Shown: positions 7,626 to 17,036, counted from the stretch's first letter. The stretch: 32,000 nt of DNA from Pseudidiomarina andamanensis (GCF_009734345.1 NZ_CP032551.1:840001-872000), one strand, 5' to 3'. Program-made: numbers and translations. Notes: generated from the sequence alone by a model not told the origin.

Positions 7626-9014
7626 TTCACTATGCGCTAAGTATCGTAATAGCGCGGCTTGTCTCTCGACAGTTCCCTGTCGTAATGCCGACTCATAAAG
7701 TACGACAGAAGCTGAACACAATAGTTTTTCTTCCGTCTTATACTGCTCAGGTGTCCCCAACACTTCCGGATAGCGCGGATAATCACGCGCAATTGAATCC
7801 ATCATATTCTGCACTAATACTTGGGTACTTCCCATTTTTACCCGATAATCTGGCTGCAAGTCGGTTTGCTCAATAACTTGTTCGATAGCGCGTTGATGCG
7901 CACTGTATAAATTGGTAGGTAGAACCGTCACTAAGGAGAGTGAGTTCTCAAACCAATGTGGATACAAATACTGCACACACTGCTGTGGATTGGTAAAGTT
8001 CAGAAAATTAAGGTTATCAACCACCGTTTGCCAATAGTTTACTAAGGCATTATCAGGGGCTTGCTGCAGATGTTCAGGCTGCCAAGTATTATGTAACTGC
8101 GGTATGGCATTACTTGCGGCAAAGCGATCACTCGAAACCACGTCATCAACAACGCGTGAAGCAATTAACTCTAACTGACCCGGATACCACATGCTTGCGC
8201 CATCGACGCCTACCGCCTGACGAATAAATTGTTCAGAGACACCATGTTGACGATAGATTCGCTTAAATTCATCGTTTAGTTGGGCCGGGTTATCAATTGA
8301 TGATGATGGCAGTGATGCACTATGGAAACCAAGAATTCCGCGTTTGCTCAGGTAACGATTTTTGCCACCCATAAAGGCGAGTGTACAGGCACTAGAACAT
8401 TCACTCGCCACATAGGTATCTAATTGTTGCTTCTGTATAAACTCGTACAGTTGCACCGCTTCGCTGACTCGTCCACCTTTTGAATTAAGATGGATGACCT
8501 CAACTGCAGGATACCTACCTACTACCTCTCGAACACTCGCTGTCGTTCCAAACGGTATAAATCCAATAAGCTCTAACTCCTTGCCTGCATTTAAAACTCG
8601 TAATTCGAAGGTGCCAACAGCATCGCCATTCGACATTAAATCAACACCTTCTTGAAACTGAGGTATACCAATTTCAGTGAAATCTAGTACAGCGCGAATT
8701 GCCGCAAGTACCACCATAATTTTGACAACATTGGCCCAAATTAGTCGACCACCTTCAGATGTATGATACTTCGCTGAACGCCAAATACCGACAAGCTGCC
8801 AAACTGTTAACGGTACGATGAGACTGCAAAGTACAACAAGAATACTGCCAAACAAACTTGAACTAACGGCAAAAGAACTTACGAATTGATTTGTCAGAGC
8901 GACAATAATAGATACAGCAACGGTTAACCCAACACCGACAATCCAGTACGCAAAACCGAGCGAGTAATCACCACGCCAGTGCTTTAGAATAATGTTCTTT
9001 AGGGCCATGAGCAT
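7623..9014 (-). CDS. Hypothetical membrane protein with a ClpP/SppA-like (crotonase-fold) periplasmic domain and an unassigned C-terminal domain
   Basis: 463 aa. About three N-terminal hydrophobic helices. The central segment VEVIHLNSKGGRVSEAVQLYEFIQKQQLDTYVASECSSACTLAFMGGKNRYLSKRGILGFHSAS resembles the uncharacterised ClpP-class 'predicted periplasmic protein' family. The last ~170 aa resemble nothing I recognise. Confidence 0.6.
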   Translation of the reverse strand: MLMALKNIILKHWRGDYSLGFAYWIVGVGLTVAVSIIVALTNQFVSSFAVSSSLFGSILVVLCSLIVPLTVWQLVGIWRSAKYHTSEGGRLIWANVVKIMVVLAAIRAVLDFTEIGIPQFQEGVDLMSNGDAVGTFELRVLNAGKELELIGFIPFGTTASVREVVGRYPAVEVIHLNSKGGRVSEAVQLYEFIQKQQLDTYVASECSSACTLAFMGGKNRYLSKRGILGFHSASLPSSSIDNPAQLNDEFKRIYRQHGVSEQFIRQAVGVDGASMWYPGQLELIASRVVDDVVSSDRFAASNAIPQLHNTWQPEHLQQAPDNALVNYWQTVVDNLNFLNFTNPQQCVQYLYPHWFENSLSLVTVLPTNLYSAHQRAIEQVIEQTDLQPDYRVKMGSTQVLVQNMMDSIARDYPRYPEVLGTPEQYKTEEKLLCSASVVLYESALRQGTVERQAALLRYLAHSE

Positions 9015-9048
9015 AGCTTATGCGAGTTCCTGTGACGAATTCATGTGC

Positions 9049-9333
9049 TTAAAAGCGCGGATCATTTTCACACGGAATACCATTTTTATTGTCATCGAGA
9101 TAGGTGCCGGGACAGAACTCTAAAAAGAATTCAGCTTCGGCTCGTGACTTCATCTGTGGACAATATAAGCGCCCATCGCAGTGAAACTCAGGCTTCTTCT
9201 GAACAACTTTGCCATGAACCGTTTGCACAAAATAGCTCATGAGCCCGCCACGGTTTTCCGCGGCAGGTTTCTGTTCTTCGAAGTAATTCCATACAGCAAG
9301 AATTAGCGCAGCAATTAGTATTATTTTTTTCAT
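9049..9333 (-). CDS. Small secreted protein with an Excalibur-like calcium-binding motif
   Basis: Trimmed to MKKIILIAALILAVWNY (signal-peptide-like). The C-terminus CPQMKSRAEAEFFLEFCPGTYLDDNKNGIPCEND fits the Excalibur pattern (Cys...A-x-x-F...LD-x-D/N-x-D/N-G-x-x-CE). Lies 34 nt upstream of, and co-oriented with, the 463-aa gene. The SD is weak. Confidence 0.6.
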   Translation of the reverse strand: MKKIILIAALILAVWNYFEEQKPAAENRGGLMSYFVQTVHGKVVQKKPEFHCDGRLYCPQMKSRAEAEFFLEFCPGTYLDDNKNGIPCENDPRF

Positions 9334-9483
9334 GGGGAGTACCTGATTAATAACATAGTTAATAACACTCACACCACATTTGTTATGAATAAATCGTAGA
9401 CAATAGATTCAAATATTACAATTTTATAATGCTAATAGTTATTTTTTAATATTTAACGCGTATGTCATATCAAACGTTATAGA

Positions 9484-10335
9484 TCACGTTCGAAATCGAA
9501 TGACATTAACTAATATGCCACCAATAATTAGACTTGCGGCAATGATGAAGCGCCAACTAAGCTGCTCATCGGCAACGACTATGCCCCCAGCTGTTGCTAT
9601 AAGAGGGACACTAAGTTGTCCAATTGCTGCGGTACTAACCTGAATACGCGGCAATACCAGATACCAAACTGCATACCCCAAACCTGAAGTGACTGCCCCC
9701 GATAAAATTGCCAGCGCAATGCCTTTCGCAGAGAGCAGTGAATTGGGAAGCAACCATATCAGCGCTAGCGAAACTAACGCGATCGCTCGGGTAAAATTAT
9801 AGGTGGTGTCAATTAATGGTGTGGCACTTCCGCGCCCGTGCAACGAATAGAGACCCCAAGCGCTCCCTGCGGTAATCATCAGCAATACCGATATCCACGA
9901 TTCGGGCAGTTGTAAGCTCGGTGCAACCAAATAACCCAAACCAATAAGTGCAATTGCGCTACCTAACCATTCCCGGAATTTTACCCGAGCACCTTGAGCA
10001 AGGTTTACCCCAAACATTGATAACTGCACGGCAGCAAACAGCACCAGTGCACCAAACCCAGTTTCTAGAACCATATACGCGTACGAAAAGGCGATGACAT
10101 AGATTGATAACGTTAAAGCACCCCACCAACTTCCTTTTACGGAATGGCCTTGCGATTTTGGTACGTTGCGGCGTAAAAAAGAAAGCAATAACCACAACGC
10201 AATAGCACCACTGACAATGCGTAGCCAAATAAACGAAGCAGGGTCTATCGTATTATCAAGTAACGCATAGCGAGTGATAATAGAATTCCCCGCAAACGCG
10301 AACAACGCAATGATAAAGAGTATGGCTGTCTTCAT
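9484..10335 (-). CDS. DMT-superfamily (EamA-like) transporter
   Basis: About ten hydrophobic helices arranged as two EamA-like halves. The start is trimmed to MKTAILFIIALFAFAGNS (ATG 10335). Confidence 0.8.
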   Translation of the reverse strand: MKTAILFIIALFAFAGNSIITRYALLDNTIDPASFIWLRIVSGAIALWLLLSFLRRNVPKSQGHSVKGSWWGALTLSIYVIAFSYAYMVLETGFGALVLFAAVQLSMFGVNLAQGARVKFREWLGSAIALIGLGYLVAPSLQLPESWISVLLMITAGSAWGLYSLHGRGSATPLIDTTYNFTRAIALVSLALIWLLPNSLLSAKGIALAILSGAVTSGLGYAVWYLVLPRIQVSTAAIGQLSVPLIATAGGIVVADEQLSWRFIIAASLIIGGILVNVIRFRT

Positions 10336-10368
10336 GGGTGATTGTCCGTTGGGTGATCGTGATACATA

Positions 10369-10398
10369 CAAAAAAGCCGCTCAAAAGAGCGGCTTTTA
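10369..10398 (-). terminator. Rho-independent terminator of the sdh-suc operon (after sucD)
   Basis: On the minus strand: AAGCCGCTC-TTTT-GAGCGGCTT followed by TTTTTT. 9-bp GC-rich stem, about 25 nt after the sucD stop. Confidence 0.7.
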
Positions 10399-10419
10399 GC
10401 ATGACTGAACTGGTGGCTA

Positions 10420-11292
10420 TTACCAACCAGTTTTTTCACGCAACGCTTTACCGATATCGGCTAAGCTACGTACGGTTTTAACACCAGCAGCTTCAAGCGC
10501 AGCAAATTTCTCGTCAGCAGTACCTTTACCACCAGAGATAATCGCACCGGCGTGGCCCATACGCTTACCTGGAGGAGCAGTAACACCTGCAATGTAAGAA
10601 ACAACTGGCTTGGTGACGTTGTGCTTGATGTACTCTGCAGCTTCTTCTTCTGCAGTACCACCAATTTCACCAATCATCACGATCGCTTCAGTTGCTGGAT
10701 CTTTCTCGAACATTTCAAGAATATCGATGAAGTTAGAACCAGGAATTGGGTCACCACCGATACCAACACAGGTAGACTGACCGAAACCTTCGTCAGTGGT
10801 TTGCTTCACGGCTTCATAAGTCAATGTACCTGAACGCGATACGATACCTACTTTACCTGCTTTGTGAATGTGACCTGGCATGATACCAATCTTACACTGA
10901 TCAGGCGTGATAACACCTGGGCAGTTTGGACCGATCATACGCACGCCTTTGTGCGTCAAGTATTCTTTCACATAAAGCATATCCAACGTTGGGATACCTT
11001 CAGTGATACATACGATTAGCTCGATACCAGCGTCTGCAGCTTCAATGATTGAATCTTTACAGAATGGCGCAGGTACATAGATAACTGATGCTGTTGCGCC
11101 AGTTGCTTCTACGGCTTCACGTACAGTGTTGAATACTGGTAAACCAAGGTGCGTTTGACCGCCTTTACCTGGAGTTACACCACCAACCATTTGCGTACCG
11201 TAAGCAATTGCTTGCTCAGAGTGGAAAGTACCCTGGCCGCCAGTGAAACCCTGGCAGATAACTTTGGTATTTTTATCGATCAAGATAGACAT
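10420..11292 (-). CDS. sucD: Succinyl-CoA ligase (ADP-forming) subunit alpha
   Basis: [33 protein letters not shown]..., with the phosphohistidine loop SRSGTLTYE and GHAGAII. The start overlaps the sucC stop (TAATG). Confidence 0.97.
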   Translation of the reverse strand: MSILIDKNTKVICQGFTGGQGTFHSEQAIAYGTQMVGGVTPGKGGQTHLGLPVFNTVREAVEATGATASVIYVPAPFCKDSIIEAADAGIELIVCITEGIPTLDMLYVKEYLTHKGVRMIGPNCPGVITPDQCKIGIMPGHIHKAGKVGIVSRSGTLTYEAVKQTTDEGFGQSTCVGIGGDPIPGSNFIDILEMFEKDPATEAIVMIGEIGGTAEEEAAEYIKHNVTKPVVSYIAGVTAPPGKRMGHAGAIISGGKGTADEKFAALEAAGVKTVRSLADIGKALREKTGW

Positions 11293-12458
11293 TATTGACC
11301 TCCTGCCGCAGCAACCACTTTATCAGCAGCGTCAGACAAACTTTCTGCTGCGATAATGTTCAGGCCACTTTCTGCTAATTTCTGACGACCCAATTCTGCG
11401 TTGTTACCTTCAAGGCGCACAACAACAGGAACTTTCACGCCAACTTCTTCAACGGCGCCCATGATACCTTCAGCGATCATGTCGCAACGAACGATACCAC
11501 CGAAAATGTTCACCAATACGGCTTTAACAGCGCTGTCAGACAGGATGATTTTGAATGCTTCAGTAACACGCTCTTTCGTTGCGCCGCCACCAACATCCAA
11601 GAAGTTTGCTGGTTGACCGCCAGCAAGCTTAACGATGTCCATCGTACCCATCGCCAAACCAGCACCGTTCACCATACAGCCAATGTTACCGTCAAGCGCT
11701 ACGTAGTTCAGTTCCCACTTAGCCGCTTGTGCTTCACGCTCGTCTTCTTGCGAAGGATCGTGCATTTCACGGATTTTAGGCTGGCGATACAGTGCGTTGC
11801 TGTCGATATTGATTTTACCGTCTAAGCAATGCAAGTTGCCTTGATCAGTAATAACCAACGGGTTGATTTCTAACAATGCGAAATCGTACTGTTCGAACAT
11901 TTTCGCTAAGCCCAAGAAGATTTTAGTGAACTGCTTCACTTGCTCTGGGTTTAAGCCTAATTTGAAACCAAGTTCACGACCTTGGTATGGCTGTGCGCCA
12001 ACCGTTGGATCAATGATTGCTTTCAAGATTTTTTCTGGGGTTTCTTCGGCAACTTTCTCGATTTCAACACCACCTTCGGTTGACGCCATGAACACGATTT
12101 TACGTGTCGCACGGTCAACAACTGCGCCTAAGTACAGTTCTGAAGCGATATCAGTCAAGCTTTCTACCAAAATTTTAGCAACCGGCTGACCGTTTGCGTC
12201 TGTTTGGTAAGTCACCAAGTTTTTACCTAACCAATTGCTCGCAAATGCGTGCACTTCGTCGTGGCTAGATACTAATTTTACACCGCCCGCTTTACCGCGG
12301 CCGCCCGCGTGTACTTGAGCTTTAACAACCCAACGATCACCGCCGATTTTTTTGGCAGCTTCAACGGCTTCGTCTGCAGTGTCTACTGCATAGCCTTCAG
12401 ATACTGGCAAACCGAACTCTTTAAAGAGTTGTTTAGCCTGATACTCATGCAAGTTCAT
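11292..12458 (-). CDS. sucC: Succinyl-CoA ligase (ADP-forming) subunit beta
   Basis: [19 protein letters not shown]... with an ATP-grasp N-terminus and CoA-ligase C-terminus, near-colinear with E. coli SucC. GGAAG RBS. Confidence 0.97.
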   Translation of the reverse strand: MNLHEYQAKQLFKEFGLPVSEGYAVDTADEAVEAAKKIGGDRWVVKAQVHAGGRGKAGGVKLVSSHDEVHAFASNWLGKNLVTYQTDANGQPVAKILVESLTDIASELYLGAVVDRATRKIVFMASTEGGVEIEKVAEETPEKILKAIIDPTVGAQPYQGRELGFKLGLNPEQVKQFTKIFLGLAKMFEQYDFALLEINPLVITDQGNLHCLDGKINIDSNALYRQPKIREMHDPSQEDEREAQAAKWELNYVALDGNIGCMVNGAGLAMGTMDIVKLAGGQPANFLDVGGGATKERVTEAFKIILSDSAVKAVLVNIFGGIVRCDMIAEGIMGAVEEVGVKVPVVVRLEGNNAELGRQKLAESGLNIIAAESLSDAADKVVAAAGGQ

Positions 12459-12542
12459 GATGATCTTCCGATTCGTTTGAACAACAAAAGCAGCGTCATG
12501 CTGCTTACCCGAAAATTCGCGCGTATTTTACAGTTTCGCGCG

Positions 12543-12596
12543 GAAAAAATACAGCCGCTGCTTCAATTGACACGCAATTGCAACACAGCGGCTGTG
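12543..12596 (-). terminator. Terminator/attenuator-like hairpin between sucB and sucC
   Basis: On the minus strand: ACAGCCGCTG ... CAGCGGCTGT (10-bp stem, 12551-12560 / 12586-12595). The loop contains a nested CAATTG-N5-CAATTG pair. It is followed by ATTTTTT. Confidence 0.45.
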
Positions 12597-12603
12597 CATT
12601 ATG

Positions 12604-14139
12604 TTATAGGTCCAACAACAAACGTTGTGGATCTTCTAACAACTCTTTGATGGTTACTAAGAAACCAACAGATTCTTTACCGTCAATGATGCGGTGGTCA
12701 TACGACAACGCTAAGTACATCATCGGTAAAATTTCGACTTTACCGTCAACCGCCATTGGGCGATCTTGAATTTTGTGCATGCCCAAGATAGCGCTTTGTG
12801 GTGGGTTCAGAATTGGCGTCGACAACAGTGAACCGAATACACCACCGTTGGTGATGGTGAAGTTACCACCTTGCATATCTTCCATGGTCAACTTACCGTC
12901 ACGACCTTTAATCGCTAGGTCACGGATACCATTTTCGATGTCAGCAATGCTCATCTTATCGGTGTCACGCAATACTGGGGTTACCAAACCGCGTGGTGTT
13001 GATACCGCAATGCTGATATCAAAGTAGTTGTGATACACAATATCGTCACCGTCAATTGACGCATTCACTTCAGGGAAGCGCTTCAATGCTTCAGTTACCG
13101 CTTTCACATAGAAGCCCATGAAACCTAAACGCGTATCGTGACGCTTTTCAAATTCGTCTTTGTACTTCGAACGCAAGTCCATGATTGGCTTCATGTTCAC
13201 TTCGTTGAACGTGGTCAACATGGCTGTCGCGTTTTTCGCTTCGAGCAAACGTTTCGCAATGGTTTTACGCAAACGTGTCATTGGCACACGTTTCTGATCG
13301 CGGTCACCGGCAGCTGGTGCTGGTGCGCTTGCTGTTTTTGCTGGCTCAGCTTTCTTCGACGCGCCTTCTTTCAAATGCTTCTCAACATCTTCTTTGGTGA
13401 CGCGACCGCCTTTACCGGTGCCTTTAACATCCGACACTTTCAAGTTATTTTCAGCCAACATACGGCGTACCGCTGGGCCTGCCACTTCGCTATCACCTTC
13501 GTCAGCTGACTCTTCTTTGCTTTCGCTTGATGATTCTTTTGCTGAATCGCTTGCCCCTGCTGAAGCGCCGGCTTCAACAATACCAATCACATCGTCAGCA
13601 CCAACAGTAGCACCTTCTTCTTGCTTAATTTCCGCTAGCACGCCGTCAGCTGGAGCAACCACTTCCAACACCACTTTGTCGGTTTCAATATCAACCAAGT
13701 TTTGGTCGCGCGTTACCGCTTCGCCTGCTTTAACGTGCCAAGTTGCGATTGTTGCGTCGGCAACCGACTCTGGTAACTGAGGTACTTTCACTTCAAGCTT
13801 TTCGCCTGAGCCAGAAGCTTTTTTGTCAGCTGGTTTATCGGCTTTCTTCTCTGCTTTCTTGTCATCAGCCTTTGCTTCAGACTTGTCAGCTGCAGCGCCG
13901 TCGCCTTCTTCCAGCTTACCAATCACTTCTTCAGCACCGACAGTAGCGCCTTCTTCAGCGATGATTTCACCGATTACGCCATCAGCAGGTGCAACCACTT
14001 CCAACACCACTTTGTCGGTTTCGATATCGACCAGATTCTGATCGCGCGATACTTTGTCACCTGGCTTCACGTGCCAAGTAGCAACTGTTGCATCAGCAAC
14101 AGATTCAGGGAGTTGTGGAACTTTAATATCAATAGCCAT
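12604..14139 (-). CDS. sucB: Dihydrolipoyllysine-residue succinyltransferase (2-oxoglutarate dehydrogenase E2) with two N-terminal lipoyl domains
   Basis: Two lipoyl domains, each with [11 protein letters not shown]. Ala/Lys/Asp-rich linkers, a peripheral subunit-binding domain ([14 protein letters not shown]) and a catalytic domain ending in DHRIIDG. The start is placed at ATG 14139 ([17 protein letters not shown]) rather than the TTG at 14145. Confidence 0.95.
   Translation of the reverse strand: MAIDIKVPQLPESVADATVATWHVKPGDKVSRDQNLVDIETDKVVLEVVAPADGVIGEIIAEEGATVGAEEVIGKLEEGDGAAADKSEAKADDKKAEKKADKPADKKASGSGEKLEVKVPQLPESVADATIATWHVKAGEAVTRDQNLVDIETDKVVLEVVAPADGVLAEIKQEEGATVGADDVIGIVEAGASAGASDSAKESSSESKEESADEGDSEVAGPAVRRMLAENNLKVSDVKGTGKGGRVTKEDVEKHLKEGASKKAEPAKTASAPAPAAGDRDQKRVPMTRLRKTIAKRLLEAKNATAMLTTFNEVNMKPIMDLRSKYKDEFEKRHDTRLGFMGFYVKAVTEALKRFPEVNASIDGDDIVYHNYFDISIAVSTPRGLVTPVLRDTDKMSIADIENGIRDLAIKGRDGKLTMEDMQGGNFTITNGGVFGSLLSTPILNPPQSAILGMHKIQDRPMAVDGKVEILPMMYLALSYDHRIIDGKESVGFLVTIKELLEDPQRLLLDL
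13579..14121 (-). repeat. Intragenic tandem duplication (period 336 bp) encoding the two SucB lipoyl domains
   Basis: Copy 1 is 13915..14121 and copy 2 is 13579..13785. The encoded 73-aa cores match at 59/73 positions by my count. An identical 32-nt run, gcaaccacttccaacaccactttgtcggtttc, occurs at 13991-14022 and 13655-13686. Confidence 0.85.
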
Positions 14140-14152
14140 GGTCAATTGTCAC

Positions 14153-16960
14153 CTATTTAATGGTTAGCGCGTCATCGACTAATTTTTGTTGCTGTTTGTT
14201 GTGCTCAGATAAGTAACCTACCGCTGGTGCCGCCGAAGCTTCACGTCCTGCGTAAGTTAACTCTGCGCCCTTTGGAATTGCCGCTCGGAAATTGTGCTGG
14301 CTGCTATACCATGCACCTTGGTTTTGCGGTTCTTCCTGACACCAAACAAAATCTTTCACATGCTGATAATCTTTCATGATCTCAGCCACTTCTTCAGCAG
14401 GGAACGGATACAATTGCTCGATACGAATAATTGCGACGTCTTCCTGCTCACGCTTACGGCGCTCTTGGAGTAAATCGAAGTAGACTTTACCCGAACAGAT
14501 TACCACGCGTTTTACTTTCTTCGGCGCTAAAGAATCGATTTCACCAATCGCATTCTGGAACACGCCAGTTGTTAATTCATCTAACTCAGAAATCGCCAAA
14601 GGATGACGTAACAATGATTTTGGCGTCATTACAATTAGCGGACGGCGAACCGGACGCAAATGCTGACGACGAATCATGTGGAATACCTGAGCTGGTGTAG
14701 TTGGTACACACACCGACCAGTTGTGGTCTGCAGACAGCTGCAAGAAGCGTTCAAGACGCGCTGAGCTGTGCTCTGGCCCTTGACCTTCGTAACCGTGTGG
14801 CAACAACAACGTCAGACCACATAACCGACCCCACTTCTGTTCACCAGAACTTAAGAACTGGTCAATCACCACTTGCGCACCGTTGGCAAAATCACCGAAC
14901 TGCGCTTCCCACATCACCATTGTTTTCGGCTCTGCAGTGGCGTACCCGTATTCAAATGCAACAACCGCTGCTTCTGACAATACTGAGTCGTAAATTTCAA
15001 TTTGGCCTTGGCCATCGCGAATGTTGTTCAACGGCATGTAGGTGCTTGCATCTTTCTGGTTATGCAATACCGCATGGCGATGGAAGAACGTACCACGACC
15101 GCTATCTTGGCCAGTCAAACGAATATGAACACCTTGGTCAACCAAAGTGGCATAGGCAAGGTTCTCAGCGAAGCCCCAATCAGCCGGCTTTTCACCTTTC
15201 GCCATTTTCATGCGTTCTTCATAAACTTTCTGTACGCGTGAGTGCAACTTGTGCTCTTTCGGCACAGTACTCATCGCTTTACCAAGCTTTTCAATTTGTT
15301 GCTTGCTGATCTTGGCGTCGTAATCGACATCCCACTCTTGGCCAATATAAGGTGACCAATCAGACGAGTGGCTCTTCATTTCACGCCATTCATCAACAAC
15401 AATCTCGCCTTTATCTAAAGCGTCACGATAATCGCCAACGAGGCTCTCGGTCACGTCACCATCAATCACGCCAGCCTTCTCAAGACGCTCAGCATAAATG
15501 GCACGTGCTACTGGATGTTTCTTCACCTTGGTGTACATCACTGGTTGCGTTGCGCTTGGCTCATCAGCTTCGTTGTGACCATGACGACGGTAACAAACGA
15601 GGTCAATCATCACATCGCGCTTAAACGTGTTACGGAAATCAAGCGCAAGCTGAGTCACAAATACAACAGCTTCAGGATCATCGGCATTCACATGGAAAAT
15701 CGGTGCCTGAACCATTTTCGCAATATCAGTACAGTATTGCGTTGAACGAGTATCTTCACGCTTCGATGTGGTGAAACCAACTTGGTTATTCACAACAATA
15801 CGAATTGAGCCGCCCACTTGGTAAGCACGGGTTTGTGACATGTTGAAGGTTTCTTGAACAATGCCTTGCCCGGCAATCGCCGAGTCACCGTGAATGGTAA
15901 TCGGTAAAACTTTCGCACCCGTTTTGTCACCCAAACGGTCCATACGCGCACGTACAGAGCCCATCACGACTGGGTTAACAATTTCAAGGTGCGAAGGGTT
16001 AAACGCTAATGCGAGGTGAACATCGCCACCTGGCGTAGCAAAGTCAGATGAGAAGCCCGAGTGGTACTTCACGTCACCTGAACCTTTGTTATTCGAATGT
16101 TTGCCGGCAAATTCGTCGAATAGGTCTTGTGGCTTCTTACCAAGTACGTTCACGAGAACGTTTAAACGGCCACGGTGCGCCATACCAATCACGACTTCTT
16201 TACTGCCTTGCTCACCCGCACGGCTGATTAACGCTTTCAACATAGGAATCAGGCTATCACCACCTTCCAATGAGAATCGCTTCGCACCTGGGAATTTTGA
16301 GCCGAGATATTTCTCGAGGCCATCGGCTGCAACAAGCTCTTTTAAAATGCGCTGCTGCTGCTCTTTAGCAAACTCTGGACGACCACGAACGCCTTCGAGG
16401 CGTTGCTGAATCCAACGTTTTTCTTCGGTAGAAACAATATGCATATACTCGGCGCCAATCGGACCGCAGTAGATATTGTTCAGTACTTCGTAAATTTCGC
16501 CCAGCTTCATGGTCTCTTGACCAACAGCTAATGAGCCCACGTTAAACTCTTTATCGAAATCATCTTTCGATAAGTCGTGGTGCTCTAACGCCAAATCTGG
16601 AACTGACTCTTGCTTCCATAAATCGAGTGGATCAAGATTCGCATGCTGATGACCACGGAAACGATAAGCATTGATCAGCTGCAGCACTTTCACTTGCTTC
16701 TGATCTGGAGCGCCCGCTGTCACCGTACCGGCTTGCTTAAGCTTATTCTTTGCAAGCGAACGGAATTGTTCACGAACCGCACTATGCTTCGTATCAATAC
16801 CAGCGCCATCACGCGGCAATTGATCAAAGAATTTGCGCCACTCATCACTAACCGCCGTCGGATCGTCGAGATACAACTCGAACAATTCCTCGACATAGGC
16901 CATGTTACCACCAGCCAGGTGGGAGGATTCTAGCCAGGCTTGCATTACGCCATCTTGCAT
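14153..16960 (-). CDS. sucA: 2-oxoglutarate dehydrogenase E1 component
   Basis: 935 aa. MQDGVMQAWLESSHLAGGNMAYVEELFELYL parallels E. coli SucA (MQNSALKAWLDSSYLSGANQSWIEQLYEDFL). ThDP-binding and transketolase-like regions are present throughout. Confidence 0.97.
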   Translation of the reverse strand: MQDGVMQAWLESSHLAGGNMAYVEELFELYLDDPTAVSDEWRKFFDQLPRDGAGIDTKHSAVREQFRSLAKNKLKQAGTVTAGAPDQKQVKVLQLINAYRFRGHQHANLDPLDLWKQESVPDLALEHHDLSKDDFDKEFNVGSLAVGQETMKLGEIYEVLNNIYCGPIGAEYMHIVSTEEKRWIQQRLEGVRGRPEFAKEQQQRILKELVAADGLEKYLGSKFPGAKRFSLEGGDSLIPMLKALISRAGEQGSKEVVIGMAHRGRLNVLVNVLGKKPQDLFDEFAGKHSNNKGSGDVKYHSGFSSDFATPGGDVHLALAFNPSHLEIVNPVVMGSVRARMDRLGDKTGAKVLPITIHGDSAIAGQGIVQETFNMSQTRAYQVGGSIRIVVNNQVGFTTSKREDTRSTQYCTDIAKMVQAPIFHVNADDPEAVVFVTQLALDFRNTFKRDVMIDLVCYRRHGHNEADEPSATQPVMYTKVKKHPVARAIYAERLEKAGVIDGDVTESLVGDYRDALDKGEIVVDEWREMKSHSSDWSPYIGQEWDVDYDAKISKQQIEKLGKAMSTVPKEHKLHSRVQKVYEERMKMAKGEKPADWGFAENLAYATLVDQGVHIRLTGQDSGRGTFFHRHAVLHNQKDASTYMPLNNIRDGQGQIEIYDSVLSEAAVVAFEYGYATAEPKTMVMWEAQFGDFANGAQVVIDQFLSSGEQKWGRLCGLTLLLPHGYEGQGPEHSSARLERFLQLSADHNWSVCVPTTPAQVFHMIRRQHLRPVRRPLIVMTPKSLLRHPLAISELDELTTGVFQNAIGEIDSLAPKKVKRVVICSGKVYFDLLQERRKREQEDVAIIRIEQLYPFPAEEVAEIMKDYQHVKDFVWCQEEPQNQGAWYSSQHNFRAAIPKGAELTYAGREASAAPAVGYLSEHNKQQQKLVDDALTIK

Positions 16961-16983
16961 CGCTGTTCCTTCACACTCGTTTT

Positions 16984-17018
16984 ATAAAAAAATAGCCATC
17001 CAAGCTGGATGGCTATTT
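16984..17018 (-). terminator. Terminator-like hairpin in the sdhB-sucA spacer
   Basis: On the minus strand: ATAGCCATCCA-GCT-TGGATGGCTAT (11-bp stem) followed by TTTTTTT. Only ~25 nt, including the AAGGA RBS, separate the T-run from the sucA ATG. Confidence 0.55.
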
Positions 17019-17036
17019 CGATACAGCTCGGCCACT

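Noticed and set aside
11401-12650. Plus-strand ORFs antisense to sucC (71, 70 and 108 aa) and ORF 12309..12650, which spans the sucC start and the sucB-sucC spacer.
   Set aside because: They are antisense shadows. The last one would have to run through two strong hairpins and the sucC SD on the opposite strand, and it has no SD of its own.
13138-14041. Cluster of plus-strand ORFs (123, 128, 67 and 72 aa) antisense to sucB, which look repeated.
   Set aside because: They mirror the Ala/Lys/Asp-rich linkers and the duplicated lipoyl domains of sucB on the other strand. Their repetition is a by-product of the sucB duplication. They have Ser/Thr/Ala-rich low-complexity products and no SD.
14701-15309. 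202-aa plus-strand ORF antisense to sucA, plus neighbouring antisense ORFs up to 16933.
   Set aside because: It sits entirely inside the strongly supported, E. coli-colinear sucA. It has no start context and no recognisable domain, and long antisense ORFs are common opposite highly expressed genes.
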